64,000 nucleotides of DNA from positions 158,412,001 through 158,476,000 of the forward strand of contig CM059431.1 of NCBI GenBank assembly GCA_030390025.1. Direction: 5' to 3'. Below, piece by piece: positions 36,403 through 48,000 of the stretch. The translations under genes and the position numbers were made by a program. This DNA is from Squalus acanthias. Lineage: Eukaryota. The notes below the pieces were generated by a model. It saw only the letters and a list, made by a program, of their open reading frames with translations. It was not told where the DNA came from and ran no database searches. The stretch's first letter is position 1. Each line of letters begins with the position of its first letter.

Positions 36403-38205
36403 ACAGAAGAGTCCCCCATAGATCCCCCCTTCATCCTCTCCAATTTATCTTCTATGTGCTGCCCCTTGGAGACATTATCCAAAGGCAAGTGCACAGTTTC
36501 ACATGTACGCATGGTCTTCAACACACACCGCAAATTTGTCTCCCCTTGTCGGTGATTCCATCCTCATCCCAGCCAATATCTCGGATTGAACCAGACAGTT
36601 TACAAACTCAGCGTTCGATATATGGTGGGGTGGGCTCAGAGGAGGAGACCAGGAAGCTCCAGAGCGATTTGGACAGACTGGGTGATTGGGCGGATAAATG
36701 GCAGATGCACTATAATGTGGACAAGTGCGAAGTTATCCACCTTGGGTGCAGGAACGGGAGAGCAAATTATTATTTAAATGGCAATAAATTGGGAGAGGGG
36801 GGAGTACAGAGAGACCTGGGTGTTCTTGTACACCAGTCACTGAAGGCGAGCATGCAGGTGCAACAGGCGGTCAAGAAGGCAAACGGTATGCTGGCCTTCA
36901 TAGCAAAAGGGTTGGAATACAGGAACAGGGATACCTTGCTGCAGCTGTACAGGGCACTGGTGAGACCACACCTCGAGTACTGTGTACAGTTTTGGTCGCC
37001 TCATCTGAGGAAAGATGTTCTTGCCATGGAGGGGGTGCAGCGGCGATTCACCAGGCTGATACCAGGAATGGCGGGATTGACCTATGAGGAGAGACTATGT
37101 AGTTTAGGGATGTACACACTGGAGTTTAGAAGATTGAGAGGGGACCTCATAGAAGTGTATAAAATTCTGACAGGTCTAGACAGACTAGATGCAGAAGGAA
37201 TGTTTCCCTTGGCGGGTGAGAACAGAACTAGAGGACATAATTTAAGGATAAGGGCTAAACCATTTAGGACAGAAATGAGGGGGAATTTCTTCACTCAGAG
37301 GGTGGTGAACCTGTGGAACTCATTGCCACAGAGGGCAGTGTACGCCAGCTCATTAAATATATTTAAGAGGGAATTAGATATATTTCTACAGGCAAAAGGG
37401 GTTAAGGGTTACGGAGAGAAGGCGGGGACGGGATACTGAATTGGAGGATCAGCCATGATCTCATTAAATGGCGGAGCAGGCTCGAAGGGCCGGATGGCCT
37501 ACTCCTGCTCCTATCTTCTATGTATCTATGTATCTATGACGCCAAGCTGAGATTCCGAACTGATATTCTCTCCATCACAAAGACCGCCTGCTTCCACGTC
37601 AATAACATTGCCCATCTTTATCCCTATTCAGCCCATCTGCTGCTCAAATCCTCACCAATGCATTTATCTACTGTGGACTCGATGTTTCCATTGTTCTCCG
37701 GTTCGGCTTTGCTCTTTTCACCCTCCGTAAACTTGGGTGGATCCAAAATACTTCTCAACGATCACCCCTGAACTTGCCAACTTACATTGGCTCCCGGTCC
37801 CCCAGCAACTCCAAATTAAAATTCTCATCCTCGTTTAAATCCCTTAATGGTCTTGATCCTCCCTGTCTCTGTAACCTCTTCCAGCCGTTCAAGCCCCACC
37901 ACCAAGTTATCCTTGTTCCTCCAGCTCTGGCCTCTAGTGCATTTTTCCCTCTCCTAAATCCATATAATGCGCCTCTGCCTTCGGCTGTCCCGATTCTCTG
38001 CTCTGAAATTCTCCACCTAAACCTCTCCAGCTTCCACCACTCATTTTAAGATGCTCCTAAACCCGACTTATTTTCCCAACATTTTGGTCCACTCCTCCTT
38101 CTACCTCCTTTATTCAGCGCCCACCTTTTGTCTGATTCGGCTCCTGTGAAGCACCTTGGGATGTTTGTCAATTTTAAAGCGCTGTGGAAATGCAATTGTT
38201 GTTGT
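36403..38205 (+). mobile_element. Old L2 3' fragment (host of a nested young CR1)
   Basis: Paralogous to 29420-30383 and ends in an L2 tail, gcaattgttgttg. Confidence 0.8.
36624..37538 (+). mobile_element. Young 5'-truncated CR1 with an open RT C-terminus
   Basis: Open frame to a stop at 37439 and tail (TATCTATG)n. The empty site ctatatg|acgac is visible at ~29767. Confidence 0.93.
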
Positions 38206-39078
38206 GACTTATGTGCTTATTATACTAGGTATGAAACAGCAGATAACTGAATATTACAAGGTATCAAACTTAGTTCTAAATTAATTCCGGTGAATAACTT
38301 TGACCTTAGTTTGGAGAAATTATTTATCCGGGACTGAATCACTTTTACATTTCCGCAGGGGGGAAATGAAATTTAGCGACTGATAGTTTAATTGGACGCT
38401 TGTGTGTGGGCACACACACAACGAGACACACACAAACACACAAAAGTGGAGAATTCTGGTTGTAAAACAGCAGGTAAATCTGCCACTTGAATGTTTATGT
38501 ACAATTCTGAGATTGTCAGACCCATAAATATATTCCACTATACAATGCTTTGCATCACCTCACTGTTTAAAGTGACGTAACATTATCCATTAATGTTAAT
38601 ATTAGTGTAACAGTGATAAATGTCCTCACCTCCTACAGTGCTGATTAGTCAGGTGCTGACACCATGAGAAATATGTTAAATATATTCAAATAGAAGCACC
38701 AACCAGGACACATCTCCATGAATACACGGACAATGTCATTGCCCATAGAGACGAGAGGGATCGCACCCAGCTGTACATTGTTTATGTGGATAGATATCAC
38801 ATTCTTAAAATTCAGAATCTAACGTCAAAACTCAGCAAATTCAAAATATTAAACAATTTACTGTGAATAATATAATATTATACCGCCAGATTGTAAATCG
38901 AGTGAAGGGTCATTTAATTCATCACTGATGACCCGCTCCTCAGTTCCCTGCAGATTAACCTCTACCTCAGAAATAAGGCTGCTTTTGCCCTGCACTGTGT
39001 GAGTAAAACTTACCAATGGGCGCTCCAGTGCGGAGTCTCGGCCGACGGGCGCCCATCTGGAACTCGGTTGTGGAGATC

Positions 39079-41735
39079 AACAACAACAACTTGTATTTAT
39101 ATAACGCTTCTAACGTAGTAAAATATCCCAATGCGTTTCACAGGAGTGTCCCAACTCGCACCAAGGCCCGTCCGTCCTTCACCCTGTAATCGCTCACCAA
39201 CATTGCCTCCCGGTTAAGCAGCGCCTCGATTTCAAAGTTCTCATCCTTGTTTTCAAATACCTGCATGCCCCACGCCCCTCCACATTTCTGTAATCTCCTT
39301 CAGTCCTAAAACCAAACCAGATATCTGCACTCCTATAATTCTGCACTCCTGAGCAACACTGTTTAAAATCTTTCACTGTTGCTTTGGCCCTCAGCTCTGG
39401 AATTCCCTCCCTAAAGCTCTCTGCCTCGCTACAACTCTTTCCTCCATTAAGATGCTCCTTGAAACTTACCTCTTTGAACAAGCTTTTGGTCACCTGCACT
39501 AATTTATTATTATGTGGCTCGGTATTAATGTTTATGTCTTACAATACACCTGTGCAGTGCCTTGGGATGTTTCACTTCGTTAAAGGCGCTATACAAATAC
39601 AAGTTATTGTTATAAGACAAAAAATTGATACCGTGACTAATAAGGAGAAATTAGGGCAGATGACTAAAAGCTTTGTCAAAGAGATTAGAGTTAGGGAGAT
39701 GCGAGTCCATGGAGTGAATTGAACACAAGGGTGAGATTTTTGAATTCGAAACGGTGTTTAACCAGGATCTAACGTAGTTCAGCGAGCACAGGGGTGATGG
39801 TTGAATGGGACTTGGTGCCAGTTAGGACACTGGCAAACGAATTTAGGATTGCCTCTAAATTACGTAGGGTAGAACGTGGGTGGCCAGCCAGGAGTGTTTT
39901 GGAATAGTCAAGTCTAGAGATAACAAAGGCATGAATGAGGGTTTCAGAAGCAGATGTGCTGTTGCAACGGCGGAGACAGGCGATGAAGGAGTTGCAAATA
40001 GGCGGTCTTAGTTCGGCCGTGGATATGTGGTCGCAGGCTCATTTCAGGGTTAAACATGAATCCAAGTTTGTGAACTGTGTAGTTCTGCCTCACATATGTT
40101 AGGGAGAGGGATGGAATCAGTGACGGGGAACGAAAACAATGCCTTCCCAATATTTATCTGGATAAAATGTCTGCTCATTCAGAACTGGGGGCCGGACAAG
40201 CAATCTGACAATTTAGAGACAGTGGAGGTGTCGAGAGTAGTGGTAGTGAGGTAGAGCTGGATGTCGTCAGCCTACATGTGGAAACTGAAGCTTTGTTTTT
40301 CGAAGATGTCGTTAAGGGGCAGAATGTTAATGAAAAATAGGAGGGGGCCAAGAATAGATTCTTTGGGCACACCAGAGGTAGTGAAGCGGGAGTGGGAAGA
40401 GAAGGAATTGCAGTTAATTCTATGGCAATCATAGATAAGAATGGAACCAGGCGATTGCAGTCCCACCCAGCTGAACGACGGTGTAAAGGCTTTGGAGGAG
40501 TGTGGAGTGTGCAACCGTGACAAGTTCTGCTGAGAAGTCGAGAAGAACGAGGAGGGACAGTTTGTCTCTGTCGCAGCAACAAAGGATGTCATTTGTAACC
40601 TTGATGAGAGCCTTTTCGGTAGTCTGGCAGGGGCGGAAACCCGATTGGAGGGACTCAAACATGGAGTTCCGGGAAAGATGGGAATGGATTTGGGAGGCGA
40701 CAACATGTTCAAGGACGTTGGAGCGGAAACAAACGTTGGAGTTGGGGCGGTAGTTTGCAAGGACGGTGGAGTCGAGGGTTGTTTTTGTGAGGAGAGTGGT
40801 GATGACGGCAGATTTGAAGGAGAAATGGACAGTACCTGAGGAAAGAGAAACGTTAACAATGTCAGGTAACAGGGGAGCCAGAAGAGGAATTTGAGTGGTC
40901 AGCAGTTTGGTGGGAATAGGATCGAGCGAGCAGGAAGTGTATTTCATGGACAAGATGAGCGCGGAGAGGTCAGTGAAGGAAATCGGAGAGAAGCTGGAAC
41001 AATATTTGAATTCAGGGCTGGGGCAGGGGGGATACTTCGAGGAAGATTGGCCCGGTGGGTTAGGGATTGGATGAGAAGTGGCACAGGCAGCTGATCGGAT
41101 AGGCTTAATCTTAGAGACAAAGAAGTTCATGAGCTCATCGCAATTTTTGTTGGAGGTTAGCGTGGAGGAGACAGGGGAGAAGGGTTTAAGAAGAAGGTTA
41201 ACAGTGGAGAATAGAAGCCGAGGATTATCTTTGCATTCCAGAATGATTCTGGAATAATGAGGAATTTTTGCAGACGAGAGCAGGACCCGATAATGCTTTA
41301 TGTGCCCCAGCCAGATCTTTCGGCAAATGGTTAAACACGTTGTCCGCCATATCAGTTCAAGTCTGAGTCTCTTGGACTTAAGGACGCGAAATGAGGGCTG
41401 TACCAGTTGGAAAGCCAGGGTGAGACAGTGTGATTTATTTAATAGGGAGTAGGGCATCGAAGGTGGTGGTGAGGGTGTGGTTGAGCAGATCGGGAGCTGT
41501 AGAAATATTGTGGTGAATGGAGGACCAAAAGCTGGATAGCTGGAATTTCGTAAGTGCAAATGATAAGAGAGTTAGAAGAGAGCTTTTTCGACACAGAATG
41601 AAGTAAGTTTGAGGGAGACGGGGGATGTGTAAGGATTGTGATAGGGATTTGGGAGGGCAGCGTATCCGAAAGAGGAGAGATGAAAGGAGGTATGACGACT
41701 GGAGAGAGCGATCAGGTAGGTTTAGAGAGAAAAGG
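39079..41735 (-). mobile_element. L2 cluster: minus tail (39079-39150), plus 3' fragment (39150-39612), minus body (39612-41735, unit 3)
   Basis: The ORF 40429-41559 contains SCSLDPIPTKLL, LANYRP, QSGFRPCQTTEKALIKVTNDIL. Confidence 0.88.
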
Positions 41736-43190
41736 AGTTGTGATCGTAACACTCGGGAAATGCTGGTACCCAGAGCTAACAGTTTGCTGTACTGATGGGG
41801 GAGGAGGGCCTTGATATCATGTTTTATAAGACAACGTTCGGTTTCCCATCTTAATATTTCCTCCTAACCTCATGTGAATATATTTATTGAAGAGAATCCG
41901 AACCTGGGAACCCCTGTCACCGCCATGGCTGAAGGTCCAAATGGGGGAAAAGATACAATATTTATGGGACCAAATGAAAAAGCCAAAGATAGGTTCAGAA
42001 AAATCTTGAAAATATAATTTCTGTCACGACAAAGGGAACAGATATCGTGCCTGAACCTGCAGCTCACACAGGAAGAAGGAAAAGGTAAGGGGTAGAGTAC
42101 AAAGTGGGAAGTGAGTGAGCCTCTAGAGGGGCATCGCCGTCACAGGTGGAGGGAGCCCTGAATACTGGAACTGACCAATAGATATCTGGTATTGGAAACG
42201 GTAATGTGGATAGAGACAGTGACTCAGATGAGGTTCCTCCTGAGCAACAGTGTAATGCCAGGGAGCAGGATGTCAACCCGTGTGGGGTGGAAGGCAGGTG
42301 GGGCACAGGAACAGGAGATCAATAGCGGTGGGAGATTCTATAGTCAGGGGAAAAGACAGACACGTCTGCAGCCCTGAGCAGGTCCCGAATGGTAAGATGC
42401 ATTCCTGGTGCCCGAGGGATGAACATCCTAGAACAGGTGGTAACATCTCTGGGAAGGAAAGGAAGCATAAATTACCCATGAAAGGAATCAGCAACACGGA
42501 TAGAAAAAAATGTTATAAAGGGCTTATTGTGACTGAGGCACTAGGCTAAAGGTAAGGCCTCAATGAGGAGATCTCTGGACTGTTTTGCTTAATGCGGGAA
42601 ATACGAGGCAGATCAATGTGGGGCTGTTTGGCTGAAGTAGGGGGGAAGGGTTCACGTTGTTGGGGCACTAGAGTGAGTGAGGGGAGAAGGGATGGGAAGG
42701 CCGCGATCTGAACCCAGCAACAATGCTTTTACAGAATAGGTGAATGGAGCAGTGGGAAGGGTATCAGCTGATATGACTGTAGGGTGGGAATTATCCGCTG
42801 AGGCTACAGAGCGGAATTTATCAAACTGTAGGAGCTGAAACAGAATATTTATAAAATAGTGAAAAATTATTAGCAGGAAAAAGGAAGGTTGTTCTCGAGT
42901 AGTGAGAGATGAAGTGACTCGGTGTTAAAAAATGAATGAAAAATAAAAAAGGGTCAACAATCCATAGAATTGGATTTAGTATTGACTGTTGTGCCTTTAA
43001 ATGTACAAATCATTCAAAAGACATTTGGAAAGTCAGAGGCATGAGAGATGCGATATATTCTCTATAGGACAGGGAATGGGATTTAACTGAACTAAGATAA
43101 ATGTTCCTGGATATAACATTTTGAGGAGAAAGAAAAATAATTGTGCACGCCAAAATTAATAAAGTGTTCCAGCACAACGCTAGGAGAACA
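41736..43190. repeat. Segmental-duplication core block, copy 3 (left ~130 bp deleted)
   Basis: Colinear with the other copies. The junction gagaaaaggag|ttgtgatcgtaac skips sequence present in copies 1, 2 and 4. Confidence 0.9.
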
Positions 43191-43740
43191 AAAAAAAAAC
43201 ACTTGCATTTCTATAGCACCTTTAACGTAGTAAAATGTCCCAAGGCGCTTCATAGGAGCGTTATCAAACAAAATGTGACACCGAGCCACATAAGGAGATA
43301 TTAGGACAGGTGAACAAAAGCTTATTCAAAGACGTTGCTTTTTAGGAGCGACTCAAAGGAGGAAAGAGATGTTTTGAACATAAGGATGTTCCTCGGAGCT
43401 ATGCTAAGATAGAATCCACGCATTTTAAATGAAAATTGGGGAGAGGCAATATTACACGTATTGAATAATTCGTTGGAAAAGTTGTCATGCCAGTGGACTA
43501 TCGGATGTCTAACGTTCCAGCTATATTTAAGAAGGGGAATCGAACATATCTAGGAAAGTATAAACCAGTCAGCTTAACATCAGTAGAAGGAAAATAATGG
43601 AATCTGTAGTAAAAGAGAAAATAGAAAAACATCTAGAAAACAGAAATATAATAATGAACCGTCAACACGGATTCCAAACGGGAAAGTCTTGCTTGAAAGG
43701 TCCATTGAATTATTTGAAGAGGGAACAGAGAGAGTTCAAA
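43191..43740. mobile_element. L2 tail (minus) followed by an old CR1 RT fragment (plus), paralogous to 58735-59375
   Basis: YKPVSLTSVEGKIMES...QHGFQTGKSCL. Confidence 0.78.
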
Positions 43741-44695
43741 GGGCTATTGCAGAAGATCACCTTCCCTTCAACACGAGGTCAGAAATGGGGTTGTTCGCTG
43801 ATGGCTGCACAGTGTTCAGTGCCATTCACAACTCTTCAGATAATGAAGCAGGCCATGCCCGCATGCAACAAGATCTGGACGACTTTCAGGTTTGGGCTGA
43901 TAAATGTCAGGTAACATTCGCACCACAGAAGTGCCAGGCAGTGAGTATCCCCTACAAGGGACAGTCTAAAAACCGCCCCTTGACATTCAACGGCATTACC
44001 ATTGCCGAATCACCCACCATCAGCATCCTGGTGTCACCATTGACCAGAAACATAACTGGACAAACCACATAAATAGTGTGGCAACAAGAGCAGGTCAGAG
44101 GCTGGGTATTCTGCGGCGTGTGTCTCACCTCCTGACTCCCCAAAGCCTTTCCACCATCTTTAAAACAGAAGTCAGGAGTGTGATGGAATACTCTACACTT
44201 GCCTGGATGAGTGCAGCTCCAAAAACATTCAAGATGCTCGACACCATCGAGCACAAAGTAGCCTGCTTGATTGGCAGCTAAACCACCTCTTTAAACGTTC
44301 ACTACCTCCTTCTCCGTTGTACCGTGGCAACAGTGTGTACCTGTACAAGATGCACTGCAGCAACTCGCCAAGGCTTCTTCGGTAGCACCTCCCAAACCCC
44401 CGAACTCTTCCAACCAGAAGGACAAGGGCAGCAGGCGCATGGGAACACCACCTTCTCCACGTTCCCCCTCAAGTCACACACCAACCTAACTTGGAAGTAT
44501 ATAGCCGATCCTTCAAGATCGCTGGGTGAATTCATGGAACTCCCTCCCTAACAGCACTGTGGGATCACCCTCAGCACACTGACTGCAGCGGTTCAAGAGG
44601 GTGGCTCACCAACACCTTCTCAAGGGCTATTAGGGATCGGCAATTAATGCTGGCCTCGCCAGCGACGCCCACATTCCATAAATGAATACAAAAAT
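43741..44695 (+). mobile_element. Non-LTR retrotransposon 3' part, probably RTE-X type
   Basis: MGLFADGCTV, WADKCQVTFAPQKCQ and VRSVMEYS, with an A-rich 3' end. Same family as 51340-52877. Confidence 0.75.
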
Positions 44696-44839
44696 AGGAA
44701 CGGTGGGAGGAGGCTCGAGTGGAACGTAAATGGACTGGTTGGGCCAAAAGGCATGTTTCAGTGCAGTATATTTGTAATTTTACGTAATTCCTATGTACAT
44801 CGTTAAGCAATAACAGGGAAAATAGCAATGATCCCCCTA

Positions 44840-45025
44840 TTTTTTTGTGTGCGGTCTCTTTAACGAGCTGCGGTTCCCATTCACAATATGCGCATGTGCT
44901 AAATCTACAATAGAAAAGCCGGAAAGCGGCCTGTGTGGGATCTCCAGACAGCTGTGCGGTGGATCAGCTTAGCGGGAACATTGCAGTGGAGGTTAGATGG
45001 AGGGGAAGCTGGTTGAAACTCGTAG
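44840..45025 (+). promoter_or_regulatory. Possible promoter/first-exon-like unique segment preceding the satellite
   Basis: NRF1-like TGCGCATGTGC at ~44889 and ETS-like CCGGAAA at ~44919, with locally raised CpG. Confidence 0.25.
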
Positions 45026-48000
45026 GTCTGTGTGGGTCTGGGTCAGTGGGGTATCTGTGTGGTTCTTTGGCAGTGGGGTGTCGGTTTGGGGCTGGGTCAG
45101 TGGGGTGTCGGTATGAGGCTCTGTCAGTAGGGTGCAGTTATTGAGTTGGAACAGTGGGATTTCGGTGTGGGGCTGGGTCAGTGGGGTGTGGGGCTTGGTC
45201 AGTGGCCTGTCGGGGTTGGGCTGGGTCAGTGAGGTTTCGGTGCGGGGCTGGATCTGTGGGATGTCAGTGTGGGGCTGACTCAGCGGGTTGTCGGTGTGAT
45301 GCTTGGTCAGTAGGGTTTCGCTGTGCCGCCAGGTCAGTGGGGTGACGGTGTGGGTCTCTGTCAATGGCCTGTCGCTGTAGGGCTGGGTCAGCGGGGTTTC
45401 GGTGTGGGGCTTTGTCAGGGGATTTCGGTGTGGGGCTGATTCAGTGGGGTGTCGCTGTGAGGCTTGGTCAGTGGGATGTCCGTGTAGAGCTAGGTCAATG
45501 AGGTGTCGGTGTGGGGCTGGGTCAGTGGGTTGTCGGTATCGGGCTGGAACAGTAGGGTGTCGGTGTGGGGCTGGGTCAGTGGGGTGTCGTTGTGTGTCCG
45601 TGTCAATGGGGTGCGGTGAGGGGCTTGGTCAGTGGTGTATCGATGTGGGGCTGGGTCATTGAGGTTTGGGGCCGGGTCAATGGGGTGCGGTGTGGGGCTG
45701 GGTCAGTGTTGTGTCGATGTGGGGCTGGGTCAGTGGAGTGTCGGTGTGGGGCTGGGTCAGTGGGGTGTCGGTGTGGGGCTGGGTCATTGGGGTGTCCGTG
45801 TGGGGCTGGGTCAGCGGGGTTTCGGTGTGGGGCTCTGTCAGTGGGTTGTCGGTGTTGGTCCGTGTCAGTGAGGTTTCAAAAGAGCATAAGAACATAAGAA
45901 ATAGGAGCAGGAGTAGGCCAATCGGCCCCTCGAGCATGCTCCGCCATTCAATGAGATCATGGCTGATCTGATCCTAACATCAAATCTAAAGAACACAAGA
46001 AGTAGGAGCAGGACCCGGCCACTCAGCCCCTGGGCCCGCTCCGCCACACATAGGGCGTTGACCGATCCGAACTCAGCTTCCTCTCCAATTTCCTGCCCGC
46101 TATACCGTAACCCCGAATTCCCTTTACTTCCAGGAAACTGTCCATTTCTGTTTTAAATTTATTTAATGATGTAGCTTCCAGAACTTCCTGGGGCAGCAAA
46201 TTCCACAGACCTACTACCCTCTGAGTGAAGAAGTTTCTCCTCATCTCAGTTTTGAAAGAGCAGTCCCTTATTCTAAGATTTTGCCCCCTAGTTCTAGTTT
46301 CACGCATCCTTGGGAACATACTTACCGCATGCACCCGATCAAGCCCCTTCACAATCTTATATGTTTCAATAAGATCGCCTCTCATTCTTCTCAACTCCAA
46401 TGAGTAGAGTCCCAGTCTACTCAACCTCTCCTCATATGTCCACCCCCTCATCCCCGGGATTAATCGAGTGAACCTTCTTTGTACTGCCTCGAGAGCAAGT
46501 ATGTCTTTTCTTAAGTATGGACACCAAAACTGTATGCAGTATTCCAGGTGCGGTCTAACCAATACCTTATGTAACTGCAGCAATGCTTCCCTGTTTTTAT
46601 AATCTGTCCCCCTAGCAATAAAAGCCAATATTCCGTTGGCCTTCTTGATCACCTGCTGCACCTGCATACTAACGTTTTGATTTTCTTGCACTAGGACCCC
46701 CAGATCGCTTTATACTGCAGTACTTTCCAGTTTCTCGCCGTTAAGGTAATAACTTGCTCTCTGATTTTTCCTGCCAAAGTGCATAACCTCACATTTTCCA
46801 ATATTGTATTGCATCTGCCAAATCTCCGCCTACTCCCCCAGCCTTTCTATATCCCCTTGTAGGATTTTATGTCCTCCTCACTTTCTACTTTCCCTCCCAT
46901 CTTTGTATCTTCTGCAAACTTTGATAAGTGACACTCGGGCCCCTCCTCCAAATCGTTATTATAGATTGTAAAGAATTGGGGACCCAGCAGCGACCCCTGC
47001 GGAACGCCACTGGCTACTGGTTGCCAGTCCGAGAATGAACCATTTATCCCGACTCTCTGCTTCCTGTTAGATAACCAATCCTCCACCCATTCCAAAATAT
47101 TACCCCCAATCCAGTGATGATTTATCTTGAGCAATAATATTTTACGTGGCACCTTGTCGAATGCCTTCTGGAAGTCTAAATACACTACGTCCACTGGTTC
47201 CCCTTTATCTACCCTGTACGTTATGTCCTCAAAGAACTCAAGCAAATTTGTCAGACATGACCTCCCCTTCATAAACCCATGCTGAATTTGTCCTATTAAA
47301 TTATGTTTATCTAAATGTTCTGTTACTGTCTCCTTTATAATACACTCCAAAATTTTACCCACCACAGATGTTAGGCTAACTGGTCTATAATTTCCAGTCT
47401 TCTGCCTACTACCCTTTTTAAATAAGGGTGTTACATTAGGTGTGGGTCTGTGTCAGTAGGGTGTCTGTGTGGGGCTGTGTCAGTTGGGTGTCGATGTGGG
47501 GCTTGATCTGTCGGGATCGGTGTGATGTTGGGTCTGTGGGCTATTGCTGTGGCGCTGGCTCAGCGGGGTTTGGTGTGGGGCGGGGTCAGTAGAGTGTCGG
47601 TGTCGGGCTGGGCCAATGGGGTGCGGTGTGGGGCTGGGTCACTGAGTTTTCGGTGTGGGACTGGGTCTGTGCGGTGTCGGTGTGGGGCTGGATCACTGGG
47701 CTGTCGGTGTGGGGCTGTCAGTGGTTTGTGAGTGCTGGTTCAGTGGGTGTCCTTCTGCTTCAGTTTGGTGTGGGTCTGATTCAGGGGTGCTGGAATGTGT
47801 CAGTGGGGTCCGGGTCTGGGTCACTTCGGTGTGGGTCAGAGGGGTGGGGGTCGGGGATGGGTCGGTGGGCGGCGGGGCTGTGTCGGTGAGGGCGTGGCTG
47901 TGTCGGCGGGGCGCGGTGCTGGGTCAGTGGCGGGTTGGGATGGATTGATGACGGGTCGGTGGGTAGACAGGGAAGGGTATGTGGCGATTGGAGAGGGATT

